Positions 17,185 through 18,361 of a stretch of 18,361 bases of DNA are shown here, in pieces. Source of the stretch: Candidatus Bathyarchaeia archaeon (GTDB lineage Archaea > Thermoproteota > Bathyarchaeia > TCS64); contig JBEKDF010000047.1 in the NCBI GenBank assembly GCA_050014495.1, forward strand, positions 1-18,361. The letters run 5' to 3'. The number at the start of each line of letters is the position of its first letter. Position 1 is the stretch's first letter. The notes under the pieces are model-generated. The model was not told the origin of the DNA and searched no databases. It saw only the letters and a list, made by a program, of their open reading frames with translations. The translations under genes were made by a program, and so were the position numbers.

Positions 17185-17219
17185 TCTTATCCTCACTTCC
17201 ACCTGAGTCTAATCAGTGA
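17180..17219 (+). repeat. 40-bp direct repeat, copy 2
   Basis: aataatcttatcctcacttccacctgagtctaatcagtga; contains the TAA stop (17182-17184) of the preceding ORF. Confidence 0.95.
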
Positions 17220-17227
17220 CTTGTTGA

Positions 17228-17320
17228 ATGGACATTCCCACAATGGCGTTGATTGTACAGATATGCGGTGCGTGCGCGCAAATCCAACATCGCCGTTGTA
17301 TCCGTCATCCACATGATTAA
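17228..17320 (+). pseudogene. Probable 5' remnant of a paralogue of the 16624 gene
   Basis: MDIPTMALIVQICGACAQ... starts 9 nt after repeat copy 2, about the same offset as the gene after copy 1. It resembles MVDLVTL..AAQIVG and stops after 30 codons. Confidence 0.45.
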
Positions 17321-17390
17321 CGGAGGTTAAATGGGAGACGTTCGTGCGCGCTTTAGGTTAGAGATGCAAAAGTTTGATGGGTTCTGACTA

Positions 17391-17790
17391 GCGATCGCCC
17401 TCAAAGAGCTTGAGTGCATACAGGGATCGTTTTTGTAATTGTTTGATTTTACTTGGGATCGTTTCTTGAGGTGGAAGTGCTAATCAATTCGTCAAGGCTT
17501 AGTGAGGGATCGTTCCAGGATCAAATAGGGATCATTGTGGGATCAAAGTGGGATCGAATCGAGTCATCAGGTCGAGATGTACACACATTACATAGGGAAG
17601 ATAGTATGGTGAAGAATTGACTAAAGGGCTGTATTCGGTACTAAAGTTACCCATTTATGGTCCTTACTTAGCCATGTACTCACCACTTTTACGATGAATT
17701 GGTCCCAAGTAACCTAATTGATGGTACTTTGAGCCATTGATAGCCAAGTTTCGATCCCATATTATTTTGCGGAATTGTTAAACGATCCCA
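17391..17790. repeat. Helically phased, inverted array of GGGATC motifs (iteron- or centromere-like)
   Basis: GATC at 17393, 17425, 17457, 17508, 17519, 17530, 17541 and 17552 (mostly GGGATC on +), and GATCCC at 17753 and 17784. No ORF of 60 aa or more is called here. Confidence 0.85.
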
Positions 17791-17809
17791 GGGTAACTTA
17801 CTCTCATCC

Positions 17810-18361
17810 ATGATGGACCTGATTCGAGACCTAGTCTCGACGTGTAAGCCGTCGAAGCTAACTAGGGAAGAGAGGGTTCAGGCTCAATCATTGATGAGGG
17901 AGCTTAGGGGCCGAGGATTCACGATCCGTGAGCTCCACGTATTGGTTAGCGGTAAGATACCGGAGCCTACGATAAAGAAGTGGATAAGAAACATGCCAAT
18001 CACTGACGCTTTAGAACACGATAATGTGATTGCCCTACTAGGGGATTTCGCCGAGAGGGGCAACGAGCTAAGCGACCTCGAGAACTATAAGGATGCTAAG
18101 GAAAAACTAGCTGGGAAGATTTCCTTCGAGAAATGTGCCAAGTTAGTTGAGAACCTTGGTTCAGTCGGCGCAGACATAACGATCTTGTATAATCTGAGTG
18201 AGGAGCTAGCTAGACGAGGCCTACTGGTACCTACCATAGAAATGAACATCAAACTAAACAAAGACCTAGCAGAAAGGGGGCTTACACCTCAGATCCAGCA
18301 GAATATCCTAGATGTAGCGGAGAAATTTGGCGACGTTGAAACGATATTCAAGGCACTCGAT
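17810..18361 (+). CDS. Hypothetical protein with N-terminal HTH-like domain (3'-partial), not in the ORF track
   Basis: Open frame to the window end: MMDLIRDLVSTCKPSKLTREERVQAQSLMRELRGRGFTIRELHVLVSGKIPEPTIKKWIRNMPITD...AEKFGDVETIFKALD. Start uncertain; alternative ATG at 17894. Confidence 0.75.
   Translation, partial: MMDLIRDLVSTCKPSKLTREERVQAQSLMRELRGRGFTIRELHVLVSGKIPEPTIKKWIRNMPITDALEHDNVIALLGDFAERGNELSDLENYKDAKEKLAGKISFEKCAKLVENLGSVGADITILYNLSEELARRGLLVPTIEMNIKLNKDLAERGLTPQIQQNILDVAEKFGDVETIFKALD

Noticed and set aside
16578..17219. Direct repeats as CRISPR repeats or IS ends
   Set aside because: Only two copies, 602 bp apart, enclosing a non-transposase gene, and in direct rather than inverted orientation.
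17322..17387. GGAGGT followed by an 18-aa ORF (MGDVRARFRLEMQKFDGF)
   Set aside because: Too short, the SD spacing is only 3 nt, and there is no supporting motif.
17506..17560. Tandem repeats as a CRISPR array
   Set aside because: Units are 11 bp with a 6-bp core, there are no 30-40-bp spacers, and no cas genes are present.
17391..17790. Chromosomal oriC with ORB boxes
   Set aside because: No ORB-like TCCA..GAAAC plus G-string motif, and no orc1/cdc6 gene in the window.

Overview
Archaeal genomic window. TiaS, a proteasome alpha subunit and TATA-type promoters support this; a Bathyarchaeia-like host is only my impression. Positions 1-16331 are mostly housekeeping and metabolic genes: PolX-PHP (5'-partial), a PK_C-domain protein, AmmeMemoRadiSam radical SAM, a divergent proteasome alpha, an ABC-2 exporter pair, PhzF, flavin reductase, an uncalled 52-aa zinc-ribbon gene, tiaS, a retropepsin-like protease, a stand-alone Lrp/RAM domain, a HAD hydrolase, nnr, and a minus-strand hydrolase cluster (M55 D-aminopeptidase, GH4, PIG-L deacetylase, amidohydrolase). 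The GH4 gene appears to carry an in-frame deletion. The last 1.8 kb is the most unusual part. A small membrane-anchored gene is bracketed exactly by 40-bp direct repeats and followed by what looks like a decayed paralogue. Next comes a ~400-bp non-coding array of helically phased GGGATC motifs that is mirror-symmetric about ~17606, then an HTH-like protein running off the end. This looks like the edge of an integrated element with an iteron- or centromere-like site. All family calls come from recognising motifs by eye; no database searches were run.
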